Below are positions 36,657-50,700 of a stretch of 64,000 nucleotides of DNA, one piece after another. The notes beneath the pieces are model-generated. The model was not told the origin of the DNA. It saw only the letters and a list, made by a program, of their open reading frames with translations, and searched no databases. Position 1 is the stretch's first letter. Every line of letters begins with the position of its first letter. The DNA comes from Tubiluchus corallicola (taxonomy: Eukaryota; Animalia; Priapulida), in assembly GCA_030141605.1 (NCBI GenBank), contig JAQGDQ010000070.1, positions 496,001 to 560,000 of the forward strand. Direction: 5' to 3'. The position numbers and the translations under genes are program-made.

Positions 36657-39600
36657 CTAGAAGTGATAAAATACTGATCATAGTACAAGTAGATCCATCT
36701 GCACAGTACTAAGTTCATACTTGCATTCAGCATTCTAAAATTCCCTACTCCAGTAATTTTCCGATTTGTGCAGTAGATATTATTGCATGCCCTACTTCCG
36801 GCCCTGAACACCCTGAAATGGGTTGCTAGGTCACGCAGACTGATCTTTCCTCTTTCCAAAGAACTATAAATTTCCCTCCAAGACCTACTAAATAATTTCT
36901 AGAATATTTTTTTGTACATGGTGTTCTGGCATTACTCGTTTTTTCCATACTCGTTGTTTGTGTATATGATATACGCATTTTATAATTATAATTTGTTATT
37001 TGCTTGTGTTTTGATTATTGTGTTATTGTATAATTGTGATATGTTTGTAATCTTGTTATTATCATACATCATTTGCATCTGCATTGCACTATATGTCATT
37101 TTTACTAGCACATTGTACTAATATGTATGTACCGTTCGAGTGCGTAATAAATAATAAATAAATAAATAACCAAAACATGGCCATTTTTGAAGATTTTTCA
37201 CACGCGGTTCCTAGAAGAATACCGTTTGCAAGAATATGTCATAGCGGTGGGAAACGTAGAGAAGGGATGGGAGTTTTTAACAGAAATTTATAGCTCTTTG
37301 AAGGAGGAGCAGCTGGGACACATGACAATGTGGGTCACTTTTACAAATGCCTCTACCAGGATGAAGAGCTACAAATTAGTTTATGGGAACATTTTTTCAG
37401 GGTGCCCCTGTACAAATATATGCTAATCAAGGGAGTAAATGCTAAAAAATAACTGACTGCAATACCTGTATTAGATGATAGATCATGAAAGTTCCAATTT
37501 TCGAATTCCTCCATTCTGGGTGAGTGAAGAGAAATGAAATATATGCTTCATTGTATTTCACGTCAGGTGTCAGAAAACCAAACCCAATGACAAGTTTCTT
37601 GTACAGAACAACGATGCTAAAATCAGGATAGTGCAGGCACTCTGACACTGAAAAAAACAAGTAATTGATAATAAACATAATGTTAGTATTTGAAAATAAA
37701 GAAGCATTTCACTTATTCGCTGAGGATTGTCTTTGTACTATTCCCCGTTGTATGGAAGAAACTTTTAAAAGAATTGTGCTTAGCAGAATTCCAAAAATAC
37801 GTGAGTCTCTTGGCACATAGTTACTGTTCAAAAAAATGTTATGATCGCTACCACTGCTAGCTGTAGTTGTTAATGATAGTGCAGCTGTATCTTTGTAAAT
37901 TAAAGTGACTAGTGCAAGGCTCGAGTTGAATTCTAAACTTTTATCAAATGTAGCTGAAATATTTCAAGATCCGTACCTAATTGTTGTTGTGAACTAAGCT
38001 TCCAATGTTAAATGAATTATTTAGCAAAACAGTCTTTTTCCTCAAAAATTATTGTATGTTTTTGGCGAACAGATTTGTTAGTAAAAAATGCTGTCATCTT
38101 CCCAAGAGAACGATGACGAAAATGTGGAGAATTATGTGGACCACATTTATCTTCCAATGTACACATACAGCAAATGGAAAGTACACTGAACTTTTAAAAA
38201 GCAGTCATTAACAGCTATAAACTCGTAGCTACCATATAAATTAGTTTTAGTTCGATTGACAATGTGGGCACTAATACTGTAAACTGATAAAAAATGTGTG
38301 ATAATTTTATGCAAATTGAACTTAATATTTGTTTGGGCAGCGATATTTTGCAACACAGCATTCCGAGCAAATTATGCAGGTTGCGAATTATGCATTATCT
38401 AATGTAATTGATTACTAGCTAAACAATCGCAGGTCAAAATAACAGCTCTGTCTGCAGGATGACTCATGAAGATTTGATTTCAACATTTCTAATTAATAAT
38501 GACGATATTTAATCATCAAACTACAGCCTGTAACTTTATTACTAGTATAATTTAAGCACATGGAAATTATTTTCTCAGCTTTTCCTAGCAAAATTCATAA
38601 ACAATTCATAAACATTAATTTTACAGTTTATACTATACATAAGTTTTGAGTAAGAAAATTTGGACATCACTGGTGCCGGGTTGGTATGACACTAGTGTAT
38701 GTTAGCTCATATGACTGAGTAGCCTCTATTGCTATGTGATTGTATAATTTGTTCATCGGGTTTATCATTTTGTTAATTTTATAATAATTTAAATGCCAAA
38801 TATTTACATGTGAAGAATAAAACCTTGTTGATAAAGTAATACAACATTTAACCAAATCTGAAGAATCACACACAACTTGACGGAGGCGGAATCAAGCATA
38901 GAGCTGGACTGCTGTCATACAAAGCAAGACGTACTTACAAACAATGTCGCTTAGTCATTCTGGCTAATTCGTGCACAAATAATGTGGCCATATTTCATTA
39001 CTTTTTAAAATCGGCTTTGTGTTGAAGCATTTACGAATACAGTCAAGCCTCATTATAACACACCCTCCTTTATAATGCCAACGTTGCTTTACAAAGGCCC
39101 AAATTTTTAGCAAATCAAAATGTTTGTATTTGCATAGAAATGTACGTATTTTATGCACCCGGTTATAATGCCAAACTCGCCATAACAGCAACTTTTTTTG
39201 CGATCCCAAAGTAGGCGAGATAGCGGTTTAATTGTATTTCGTAGGTTAATTTTGCATAATTTTAACTCAGCTAAGTAATTCTATCATCACAATTTCGGGA
39301 AATTGTATATAAATTGCATGTAAATTACAATTACTAAAGAATTTAAACATCTTTTGATGCATATGCACAGAGCCGAAACCACACGCCATTCCACTGCACG
39401 AAACTTATTTAACGTTTTAATAAATCTAAGCACAACACTCGTCTTGCTCTACCTGACAGTTGCAAAAGCATTACTTACAGTCAATGCCCGGCCAGAAGAA
39501 CTCAGCACAGTAATTGTTAACCGACGGAATATGCTCGGGACGGACGTAACAATAATCGATTGGTGCAGAGGCCGGGGCTGTCCAGTTAGCTTTGTCTCTG

Positions 39601-42600
39601 CAAAAAGCCAAACACCTATTAATACTTGCCACTTTTCTAGCACTTCGCCTTTTTCTCTACTGAATAAATTAAACTAAACATTGTATGAAAATAGTAAAAA
39701 AATAATGGAAAGACGGATGGGGTAGGTGTTAACAGGGACTAGAGGCAAATGTCAGACTGAAATTACCAACTGCAATTGAAACAAGCAGCAGAGTCGAAGC
39801 TTGATAAGCATGTCGCATTTCTAGCTGCTAAAATAATAAATTCAGTTATGCAGAAAGGTAATTTTTTAAGTGTCGCTTTTGATCCACATAGTTTGCAAAC
39901 CGGTATAACCGTTTAATTTGCTCGGTTTGCTACGACAAAATACTGCACATGCCAGGTTTGCAGGGCGATGTTAGTACACAGGATTAGTAGTGCTGACACT
40001 GTAGTCTGGTTGTATTCAAAGGAAGGAGGAAACAAAGTGGGCAAAAACTGGAGTTACTCAACTTCAGGGCAGGTTAGAAGGACTCGGCAGGTGTTTTTGG
40101 AAGCCATCAGAAAGGCGTATGTGCCTGTCACCCGAGCTGACCAACAATTGGGCTATTTGTAGGTGGGGCACTGCCAGACCCCAGTCTAACTCCGTTTAAA
40201 AAGAAATTGCAAAACGACAAAAAAAAAGAATGATATTAAAATATTAGTTAATATTACACGACAATTTGCAGACAATAATATCCCTGTGATATAACAAACT
40301 TTTTAATATGAATCAAAAAGAACAACAAACCTGTTTGGAAATGCAGTGATTTCCTCTAATAACCTCAGCTTCATGGGTTTTGTTTCAAAGTCTCGTCGAA
40401 TGTACGGTTTTAGAACTCTAAAACGAAAAATGCTTAAGTAACATTGAAAATTTTTGTATAAAATTTGCAATCAGAAAACTAGCTATTTGCCAATCAATTT
40501 AAATTATCCCAACAGTTTTGATACAATACTTTCAAATTTCATTACCTTATAATACCTTATTTCATTATAGTTCCACAAACAGGAATTATAAACTCTAAAT
40601 ATGAATTTTAAGTGACCTGGTTAGTACCTGCTAGTATATGGGCTGACTATACATTGAGGTGGCTCACAGCTATAACCAATAAGACGTGTCCTAAATAAAG
40701 TAGGTGACCGTCTAAAATACTTCAAAGAATGAGCAACATGCTGAAATAGAAATAAACAATATTACTATATATATTATTGTTCACTTGCTGTTGAATTATT
40801 GTTGTTACTATTGTTGTGATTATTGTTTTCTCACTGTTTTTGTTTTCTGCGGTATTAGTGTTAAATTTGATATTATTATACTATGTAAAGTTTAAGTTTT
40901 CTTTCCAACTTATTAGTCTTTTCTAAAGTAGAGCTGAGATTATAATAAGTAGTTTATTAAGACCTACTAATACCATTTGATTCTCAAAGTGAACTCATTC
41001 TCACTAATTGCTTATGATTGAATCAACCAGTTTAGTGCTCTTTATCATGAGTAGATTATAGAACTACAGTAAGCTCTGCATAATTCAGTTCAATGCAATT
41101 TGGAATATCTTTCATCTCAGACAAATTCGGTAGAACGGATATGTTTCTACATATCTTAAGACTTAATGTGATCTCAAAGCACGGTATTTTAACTCCGTAA
41201 TCACTTTAAGGTAAACTAAGTAACATTTGGCCATGAAGCAGGTTTCCATTTCAATAAATAGCTACACACAAACATACAGTGCACCCACCAAGAAACGAAT
41301 GCATGAAAATGTGTCTTCGCCTAAATCGGGTTATCAGACAACTCAGACAGTTCTTTAGTCTCTAGCAATCCAAATTATGCAGAGTTTACAGTATTTCAGA
41401 ATGAAACACAAAAAACTCTCAAAGACACCTCAAATAGATCAAATCAAAACAGGGTCTTACCTGGAAGCGGTCCAAGATACGTTCTGGAGCATTGTCTTTT
41501 TCTGAACTTTTATCTTGGCATCCCAAATTTTCACCAGGCACTTTGTTAATTGTATCAGCTTCACTTCCCCGTCGAAATGGTTTCTTTGTTCTCTGCAGAA
41601 ATGGCAAATGCCAAATAACATCAATAATAAAAAAACCTATGATTAACAAATATAAAAGACCTAAAAACAAATTTTAATAGTCATCTCAATTTTCAACAAA
41701 TTGCTAAAAAATGTAAATACTTCCTAGTGCCTGTCCACATCGTTTTAGTTACCAGAGTCGTGATTCTACTAATTAAATAATATGATGTACTTCTGAGAAG
41801 GAACAGCTAGTGATTCAATCACAAATTTTCTAGCCTTCTTATTCACGAATTGAAATGTACACTCCATAAAAAAAGCAACTAATGTGAAGAAAATCTGTAT
41901 TAGCGAAAATCTTCATTCCAAATGCAAATCAAGTTGAATCATTTTTATCCTTGTATTAAAGTGCCTATCTGTGATGTTAACACAATACATAGTACCACCG
42001 ACTCTACTGGGAATTGTTCTGGAGCCATTAACAGTAGTTTACAGAAACTAGCTTGTACAGATACCTTGATAATTGCCCTTCCTCGCCCTTTGTTGTTAAA
42101 ATCGGCCGTTTTGCTGTCTTTGTAACTCTGGCCACCTGACTGCATCTTACTGTAAAAATATATGACATCCACATTCTAAGTTATCTCACCCCATTTACTT
42201 ATTAGAAACAGGTACATTATATTGTGTTTAAAAAGTAATTTATTTCATTTAAAAAAAAATGCATTTTAACCAAATTTTAAATAAGGATCATAATTTTATA
42301 TAAGGATTTTATAAAATAATAAAAAAATTTCATCCGCTGGACTTTAATGGCTTGCACATCCCGATATTACAAAATCTGGGGATCACAAATACTGTGTGCA
42401 AAAGCTTTTCACGTTCTTGCAAGGAATTTTACTGTCACAAATTTATAATAGCAGACATCTTGGCAGGAACTAGTGTTGTTTTTCACAATGACAGAGACCT
42501 AGAGATATCAAGTAAAACATGTATCATATAAGCAACTTGTAGATTTCGCACAGAATGTATAAATCACAAGCCCACTACTGCATCATAAACTCGAAAACTC

Positions 42601-44550
42601 ATTTTCGCATAACGGTGCGCGATAAAAACAGCACAGGTAAAAATTGCACAGGAAAAAATGGCACAGTAAAAATGACACAGGAAAAATGACAAAGGAAAAA
42701 ATGGCACAAATGGAAAAGTAGGTAAAAATGGCACAGGAAAAAATGGCACAAATGGAAAAGCAGGTAAAAATGGCACAGGTAAAAATTGCACAGGAAAAAA
42801 TGGCAGAAATGGAAAAGCAGGTAAAAATGGCACAGGTAAAAATTGCACAGGAAAAAATGGCAGAAATGGAAAAGTAGGCAAAAATGGCACAGGTAAAAAT
42901 GGTACAAGAAAAAATGGCACAAATGGAAAAGTAGGTAAAAGTGACACCTGTGCAAATATTTAAAATGTACCTACATTGCCATTATATAGACAAGCAAAAG
43001 ACTCAGAAAATCTTTGTTCATGAAATTCGTTTATAATCAATAATGTACAAACGTTCCATATGGTGTTTATCTACCTTTTCACCATTTATTTTAGCGATAG
43101 CAATAGACTGACAAATATATACCAAGTTACAGTATAAGGCTCATCACATTAATAAAGAAAGATTATAAACATATACACAGTTTGCAAGTGATAATCACTC
43201 GATATTGAATTGGAACTAACTCATAGTTGTTTGTCTAGGTGGAGATGACAAAAAAAATACTAAACATTCCCGTCGGAGATCTCCACGAAGTGCTTCATGA
43301 ATGTTTTTTTTTTGTATGTGGTATTCGGTCAAGTTTTGCAAAAAAGAACTGGCAAAAGGATTCCAATTTTGGCACTCTTTAGCCCTACCGTTCTTCTCAA
43401 AGTTTCTTGGAAATCTGTTCTATATTTTTTGTGTAATAGGCTTACTGCCATAACAGACAAAATACAACCAACCAACCAAACAAAACAAACGAATTATGAT
43501 GATGCACAACTTCCTTGGCAGAGCTAAAAGTAACTAAAATAATTACCCACCAGTGTAACCCTAAACCCTAGAACACATTTAACTAAGTGTGCCACTTTTA
43601 CCTATTTCTCCATTTGTGCCATTTTTCCGGGGTGCCATTTTTACCTATTTTTCCATTTGTACCATTTCTTCCTATGCTATTTTTTCTTGTGTCATTTTTA
43701 CCTGTGCCAGTTTTATCTACATTCTCTCATAACTGCATTGTTAATTGTATACATATTGTAATGATGGTGCTGACACGCAATGAACTTGAAAGACGAATCT
43801 GCAAGAAGACTTGCCAGGAATTTACCTCGTGTTCTACATGCTGGCTGACAAGAACAGAACAGGTGCTGAGGTATTAAACACACCCATCCACCTACCCACT
43901 GAACAAACGAGGCCATTCCATATCAGCGGTTTTATACCTCGCATTCAATGCTGATGTTTAATGGAATGATCGAACCATCACAATGTGGGGGTGGGAGGCG
44001 AAAATAATGGCATTTCACCGTCTTAATAACATAATTGAATCAATAACAAAGAATGATAATCATAATAAAGTACATAATAAAGTATACAAAGTAATTGAAT
44101 ATCTTACTTGACAGTTTTCTTGGACAAGCCATTCTTACTAGTTTTACTAATATCACTTTTGTCGACATTAACCATTTTGACTGCTTCTGCTTTGGTATCC
44201 GAATATTTTGCAGTATCTTCATCTTGCACGATATCACAGCTATCTGAATCTGAGAAAAATAATCTTCCGTTTAATGTTCCGGTTAATAAAGTTAATAAAA
44301 CATCTATTACGGTCAAAGTCTGAAATTCAGCAATTGGCACTTCATCATATCAGTGTAAGTTTCCATTCATGAAAAAAGGGCTCATTATAAAAAGTCAGTT
44401 CAGAATACAGAACATAGGGCATCAGAGGATACAGAAAACTATCATAAACAGCCATATTATTGCAAAGTTCAAGACAAAAAGTTTTATCTTTACTACAAAC
44501 TTAAATGCTCTGACAGTAAAAGTAGTAAACAGGTCAAGTGTGTATATATA

Positions 44551-44597
<47 letters not shown>

Positions 44598-44746
44598 TTG
44601 ACCTGTTTACTACTTTTACTGGGTAGAGCATTTAGTATTAATGAACATTAAAGCGACTTCATATGTATACATATATATATAAATATTTAATAACATATAA
44701 ATGTATAAGTTTATATATGCATACATATGTTGACAATGATTATATT

Positions 44747-44783
<37 letters not shown>

Positions 44784-47700
44784 TTATGGTATTATATATT
44801 TATATTTTATATTTACATGCATATTAAATACACAACAACAAAATTCAAAGCAGATCCAACACTTTTTAACATTCTACTTACTGGAATCTAAAGCTAAAAA
44901 TTGATGACCTTATTTTCCAATAGCTAAAATACAATGAAGTGAATTAGAGCAGCTTTTTGGCTCACAAACAAAAATGCCACTTATGTTATTAGCAAATGCA
45001 TGTTAGAATGTTTAATTGCTAAAAATCAAACAAACTTTATGAATCGTAACACTATTAACAGCATCATGATCATAATACTCATTTAAAATAGGCTTAACCT
45101 CCCAATAACATCCCAAAAAAACTAATTTATCCACCTGTTGGTTTCATGAAACACAGAATTTCGTGAATGCTGGGAAACTTTGGAAACTCCAAACAATTTA
45201 CAACTGCTTCATCAGGATTCAAAGAATCCATATCAATTTCTAAATCTTCATCATCTCCGCCCGTCAACAGATTTTGCAAATTTCCTACAACGAAAGAAGA
45301 CATGAATGTTGTTACCAAACCCAAATCCATTCAAGTGAACTCCTTCAGTATTACCACTGTTAGAGTTCCTATGAATACCTAAATAGCAAGTTTTTAGACT
45401 GTGTGCCAATGGCAGCTCGTAATTAAAATTAGTGGGGTGCTGGTTCAAAAAATTTTTAGCGATTGTTTTAATACTGTGTAAAATGCAAAACATATGCAAT
45501 TTTAATATTGTAATTTGTAATTGTAATTCTAAAGAAACAAACGAAAATTTACACATAAACTTACTAAAATCCTAAAGCAAAAAGTTTGTTTGCTTGCAAA
45601 TAGCTTAAATTGCCGCAGTTCAAGAATATGCCGGTACACAGTTTTTAAGTGCGTGACAACTAACTGTGTGAGTGACAGTACTTTCTCTAACTAGCAGCAG
45701 ATGCTACCAGTGCAGCATACAGTGTGTTATCTCAGACATGTGTGCAAGGCTGCAGGTGCACAACAGTCAAAAACACCACTGTGCTGGGCTGTCAAGTAAA
45801 CAGTACTACCCTCAAGTGCTCTGGTTCCATACAAGCATAAAGAAAGAACTAAAGGAAAAATAACTTATTGTATTTTATATTATAAATAACACTGAGTGAA
45901 AATAGGGGATGCTGCAACTCCACAGTACCTATACGCGAGCAGCCACTGTTGTGTGCCCTGAACAAAACATTCAGCACTTGACATTGCAGCTAGTACAGTA
46001 ATGAGTTTCACAGTAAAACATGAATGCTCATGAGAAAGCTTTCTTAGTAAATTCCAATGACAGATGGCATAGAAATCATCAGTTCAATAAACATCATACC
46101 ACATCTATAGCTTCAAAAACACAACAACACTGTCTTAAACCCCTATGAGAATGCTCTGACTGACTATTACAGAAAAGTTAATAACACATTGCTTTAGTTA
46201 CTATTATCACACTACCAAATAACAGCTAGTTTGTTATACAGTAGTCACCGCTTAATAGACTCACGGTTAATGGACTCAAATTAATTGACTCAAAAACGCC
46301 TGGTATGGCCCGCTTCTATTCAAATATACATAAAACTATTGGTAATTGACTCAACTAACTTTGCTTAATTGACTCGATATTTTTCCTTCACGTACTTAAA
46401 ATATGACATTTGTATGTGCCCAAACAGCCTTTCCTACTCTTATGTCATCTTTACTTCCCTTTTGTGCATTATATATGTAGAAACAATCATGTTAAGTACC
46501 ATTTTGTTTGTAAACAGGTACGTTTATCATGTGCTAATACGCTAGTGTAGAGGTTTTGCTTTGAATCTGTTACCCGCTCGCCCACTGCAATTAACAGTAT
46601 ACTTTTTAATTTATTGTTAATTCACTTATATAAATTAATATTTTAAAATATTTTTTCTAACTTTTAACTGCACAAAGGAATTTAGGCATTACTTCATTTC
46701 TAAAATTGATTAAAAGCCTTTGCAGTGCATAGTAAGCTGATGACTCATACTTCTATAGCAGTAATACTACACCCATCAGTTAATTGGGTCAAAACACGTC
46801 AGTCCCAAAGTGAGTCTATTAAGCGGCGACTACTGTAATAAAGGTCAACAAAGCTGCTGAGTAAGTGAGCAGGAGAAACTGACAAAATGTCAGCACTCTT
46901 AGCTCCTACACCCATTTCATAATAAATTACTAAGAGTTTTTTATCAAACTGAGATCACTCGCATTATAAGACATCATACTTAATTTCTAGCATAATTTGA
47001 TTAACGTGTTATTATCAGAAATAACAGAACAAATCTATTAATATAATAAGGCTGCTAAACACTGAAACTGTGAAAGTTGTAACTGTATATTTTAGGTGCT
47101 GCCATCTATTGATTAGTTACTTTCACATTTTACTAGTTAAACTCACCCTTAATACAATTGCTCGGCCCAGTGAACTCACATGCAAACTCACTGGATCTCC
47201 CCCTTTTTTTACTGTAATGGGATATGTGAAGCCAAGTTTTTTGCATAGTTCTCTACCTATATAAACTGGCTAGATTTCTCTTCTAGCCACTGTCTAATTC
47301 TTCGTGATCAGTGCAGGATACTCTGGTACTCAGTGTAGTTTAGCAGTCATGTTACATATAACTCTGTAGCGTAATAAAAGTGTTTCAGTTTTTGTGCAAA
47401 CATGTAATATGGTGTTTAGATGTTTTCTACAAGTGTTCAATTTCAACTTCATAACTAACTTTCACAGAAACGTAATCAGCAAAATGAGGGATGCGTGAAC
47501 GCCGACGGAAATGAAATGCAGTAAAACACAAGATGACATGTAACAACTAAATACAAAGCAGATCTGATACTCATTACTATTCTACTTACTGGAATCCTGA
47601 GACGAGTCGCTACAACTAAAAATCTCATTCATAGTGTCATCAAGTGCTACAGTGTCACTGACTGTTGACTGTTGATTTGAATCGGAACCTTGGTGATCTG

Positions 47701-50700
47701 TAAAATCAAACCCTCGTCTCTCGCTAATATCGCCAAACATATTCCCATCTCCTGATTCGAACTCAGGGCTGTTACTGCATTTTGCGCTACCGGCCACCTC
47801 GTTTGTATCAAAACTGGAAGAAGTCACCTCTAAATCTCTTGGGGATGCATCAAATCTTTCCTGAGATACTTGCACATCTTTCTTTGCACTTTTCCTCATG
47901 TCTTTAGCCTCCTACCAAAAACAGTCTGTACTGGTTATTAGTGTATATAGAATAAACTTGCTGAGAATGTGACTGATTGTATGTTTCTGATTTTGGACAT
48001 ACAATCAGATTGAAATGTTCTTTATTTGCTTATTTCTCATTTCATTTCTAAAGGTTAAGTCTAGAAAGTCTATTAATTTAGTTTCAATGCTGTTGTATAT
48101 CTACATGTTGGTCCCAACTGTGGTACAATAAAGCAGTGAACAAAGGATTAAAACATTGATACAGACAATATTTATTGCAATTATTAAATGATGACATGTT
48201 ATTTCAAAAACGACACATCACGAGTTAATAGGTGGCACTAAAATCTATCTGCAAATTTTTAGTTCAATTAATTTTAACGTTTCACATATTACAATTTATT
48301 CAACTAATTACTGTGCATAGTTAAATAGGAAAAAAACACTATCCTACATTACAGATGTTTTTCCAGGGGAAATTTCCCAAACAAGCTTATATAGTCCAGG
48401 AAAAACAGGTTCAGTGAATCAATTTCTGACTAATTACTGAATTAATGAACTATGTAAACTGGCTATTCACATGGCTTTAATCATAGCCAAACACGCTTGC
48501 AATCCTCTGTACGGCAAAATGCTAAATAACTACTTTCATTCGGAAAGCTATTTTCTACGTAACTAATGACTTAGATACTTAACCAAATTCCTTCAGTTCC
48601 TCGAATAGCAATTCAAAGAAGCACAGACTGTTCCAGAAGAAAAAATACAGAGAAACATGCGGATAAGCTTACATTGGAATGCAGAAAATTACGTTACAAG
48701 GTAGGAAAATTGGAGTAATATAATAATATATATATATATAATAATATAATATACAATAATATTATAATTATACATTTCCACCATTATATATCATAATGCA
48801 GAATTCTGTGATAATATTGCTTTGCAGTTTCGATCAGCATATATTAGGATACCGGCATGATTCTGCTGGACTGCTTCTTCTGGAAAACCCCTGTAACTGT
48901 GGCTGAGGTCAGTAGTATAAATATAGCCTTTAATAAATACTTGTAAAGAGCCTATAAATACTTAAGCCCTTTTTCATATCTATGACTGGGGCTTCCTGCC
49001 TTTCGTTGCTCGTAGTAAGTGCTTACAATCACTGCATTTACTGGTGCATTACTCTTTTCGCATTTTAGCCTTTGAGTGGAAAATTTGCAAAAACCCGGTA
49101 CTTTAGTGGTAAAATCAGCTGAGAATAGAAGCGCTCACAGTCTTCTAACTGTTTGGACATACATGTAATTATTGGTTTCATTATAACTTTTATCCAATAA
49201 TTCAGTGCAATATATGACGGTAATTAGTGATAGTTCTGGAATTTTAGAAGTAATTTTATGTTTCTTACCACTTCTGTCCGAACGCACATGGTTAAAGTTC
49301 AAGCAGTTACCACTACAGTGATAACCCTGTATGCAAGTCATCAAAGTGAACAACGTTTACTACTCGCAGAACAGCTAACAAACAATGAAACAAAAATTTA
49401 CAGTCTACGTACTTGAGTTGTGGCACGTTTCATCTTCAACTGCATCGCAGCCTCAATACATGATCCACGTTTTCGCTGCCTCAAACCCCCGTGTCTCAAC
49501 GAGGTTACGCCATCATCTGTTTCACCTCTTCTTCCAACTTTTTGGTTTACACGCTGTTTTGATACTGTAACTTTAAAAAGACACTAAAAATAAAGTGACA
49601 TTAACAATTCTTTCATCATTGTGTAACAATCATTGTATAACAAAAATTGATGCATTATGCAACAAATCACAAAATTTGTCGTTCTGCAACAAAGCACAAA
49701 ATTTGTTGTTACGTAACAAATTTTAAGTCATTATGTAACAATTATTGCGCTATTATGTAACAATCATTATATAGAAATTACAAAATTCATCATTCTGTTG
49801 CCTTGATACTGTAACTTTAAAAAGAAAAAAGCAATAAAACAATGACCACAGTTTGCTGGTACTGCAATAGGAAATTTTGTTTTTTAACCTTCTGAAAAAA
49901 CATTGTTATTTCACAAAGAAAGCTTGCCATAGAATTTACTTATATTGCAAACTACACTGCAACACAAACATTGTGTGTGATAGGTGTGTTTTATATACAT
50001 ATTGTGTTTCTCATAATAGGAGTCAAGCTCAAAACATAATTATCTTTCAAACAACCATTTGCAAGCTTGCAAACCAAAACTGTTCATCACAGTTAAAATT
50101 AACTTATGATGCTTCAAAGTAGAATGCACCAAAATTTGGTCTAATGTCAATTTTTTGTTTTTATAAAAACAGCACTAAGTATGTTGTACTTTTATATTCT
50201 AGCATCAAATTATCAAGAAAATTTTCAAAAAATACTAACTGAAACTTTAACTTTATAACGTCGTACCCACTTCCTGGCGTAGAAACTAGTATTGCAATTG
50301 TAAAAAACTTGTATTTTCAAACTCTAGTAACAGTTCATGGAAGTGTCATTTTGCTTGGGGTTTTTTCTGCTGCTAATCCAACTATCCTGAAATAGTTATC
50401 ATATTGGCTTCTTAATGTCAATTTTCTGAAAATTTCTCTTAATTTAGAGTGTTTGTGCAAAAACCTGGCAGCATTTTCTTTTTTATGTTTCCAACCCCTC
50501 TCCGCATAGGGTTCCACTTTTCTGAAAATGGGACTCGACTATATAAATATTGTTATTCTTGCCTGATTTTGGAGGTGGAACAAAATTGAGTAATTTCCAC
50601 CACCCGGATTCTCCAAGTTCTACAGTCCCAGAACAGAAGTGAATGCCACACCAACAGGACAAAATCCCCGCAACAGTACCGGTCCAAGCTTGTGCTTTCT

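Noticed and set aside
36440-36859. 139-aa minus-strand ORF
   Set aside because: Overlaps the last KAT14 exon in a different frame; the conserved GNAT sequence is in the other frame.
42564-42955. Pro/Phe- and Cys/His-rich ORFs
   Set aside because: Translations of the MULE terminal repeats.
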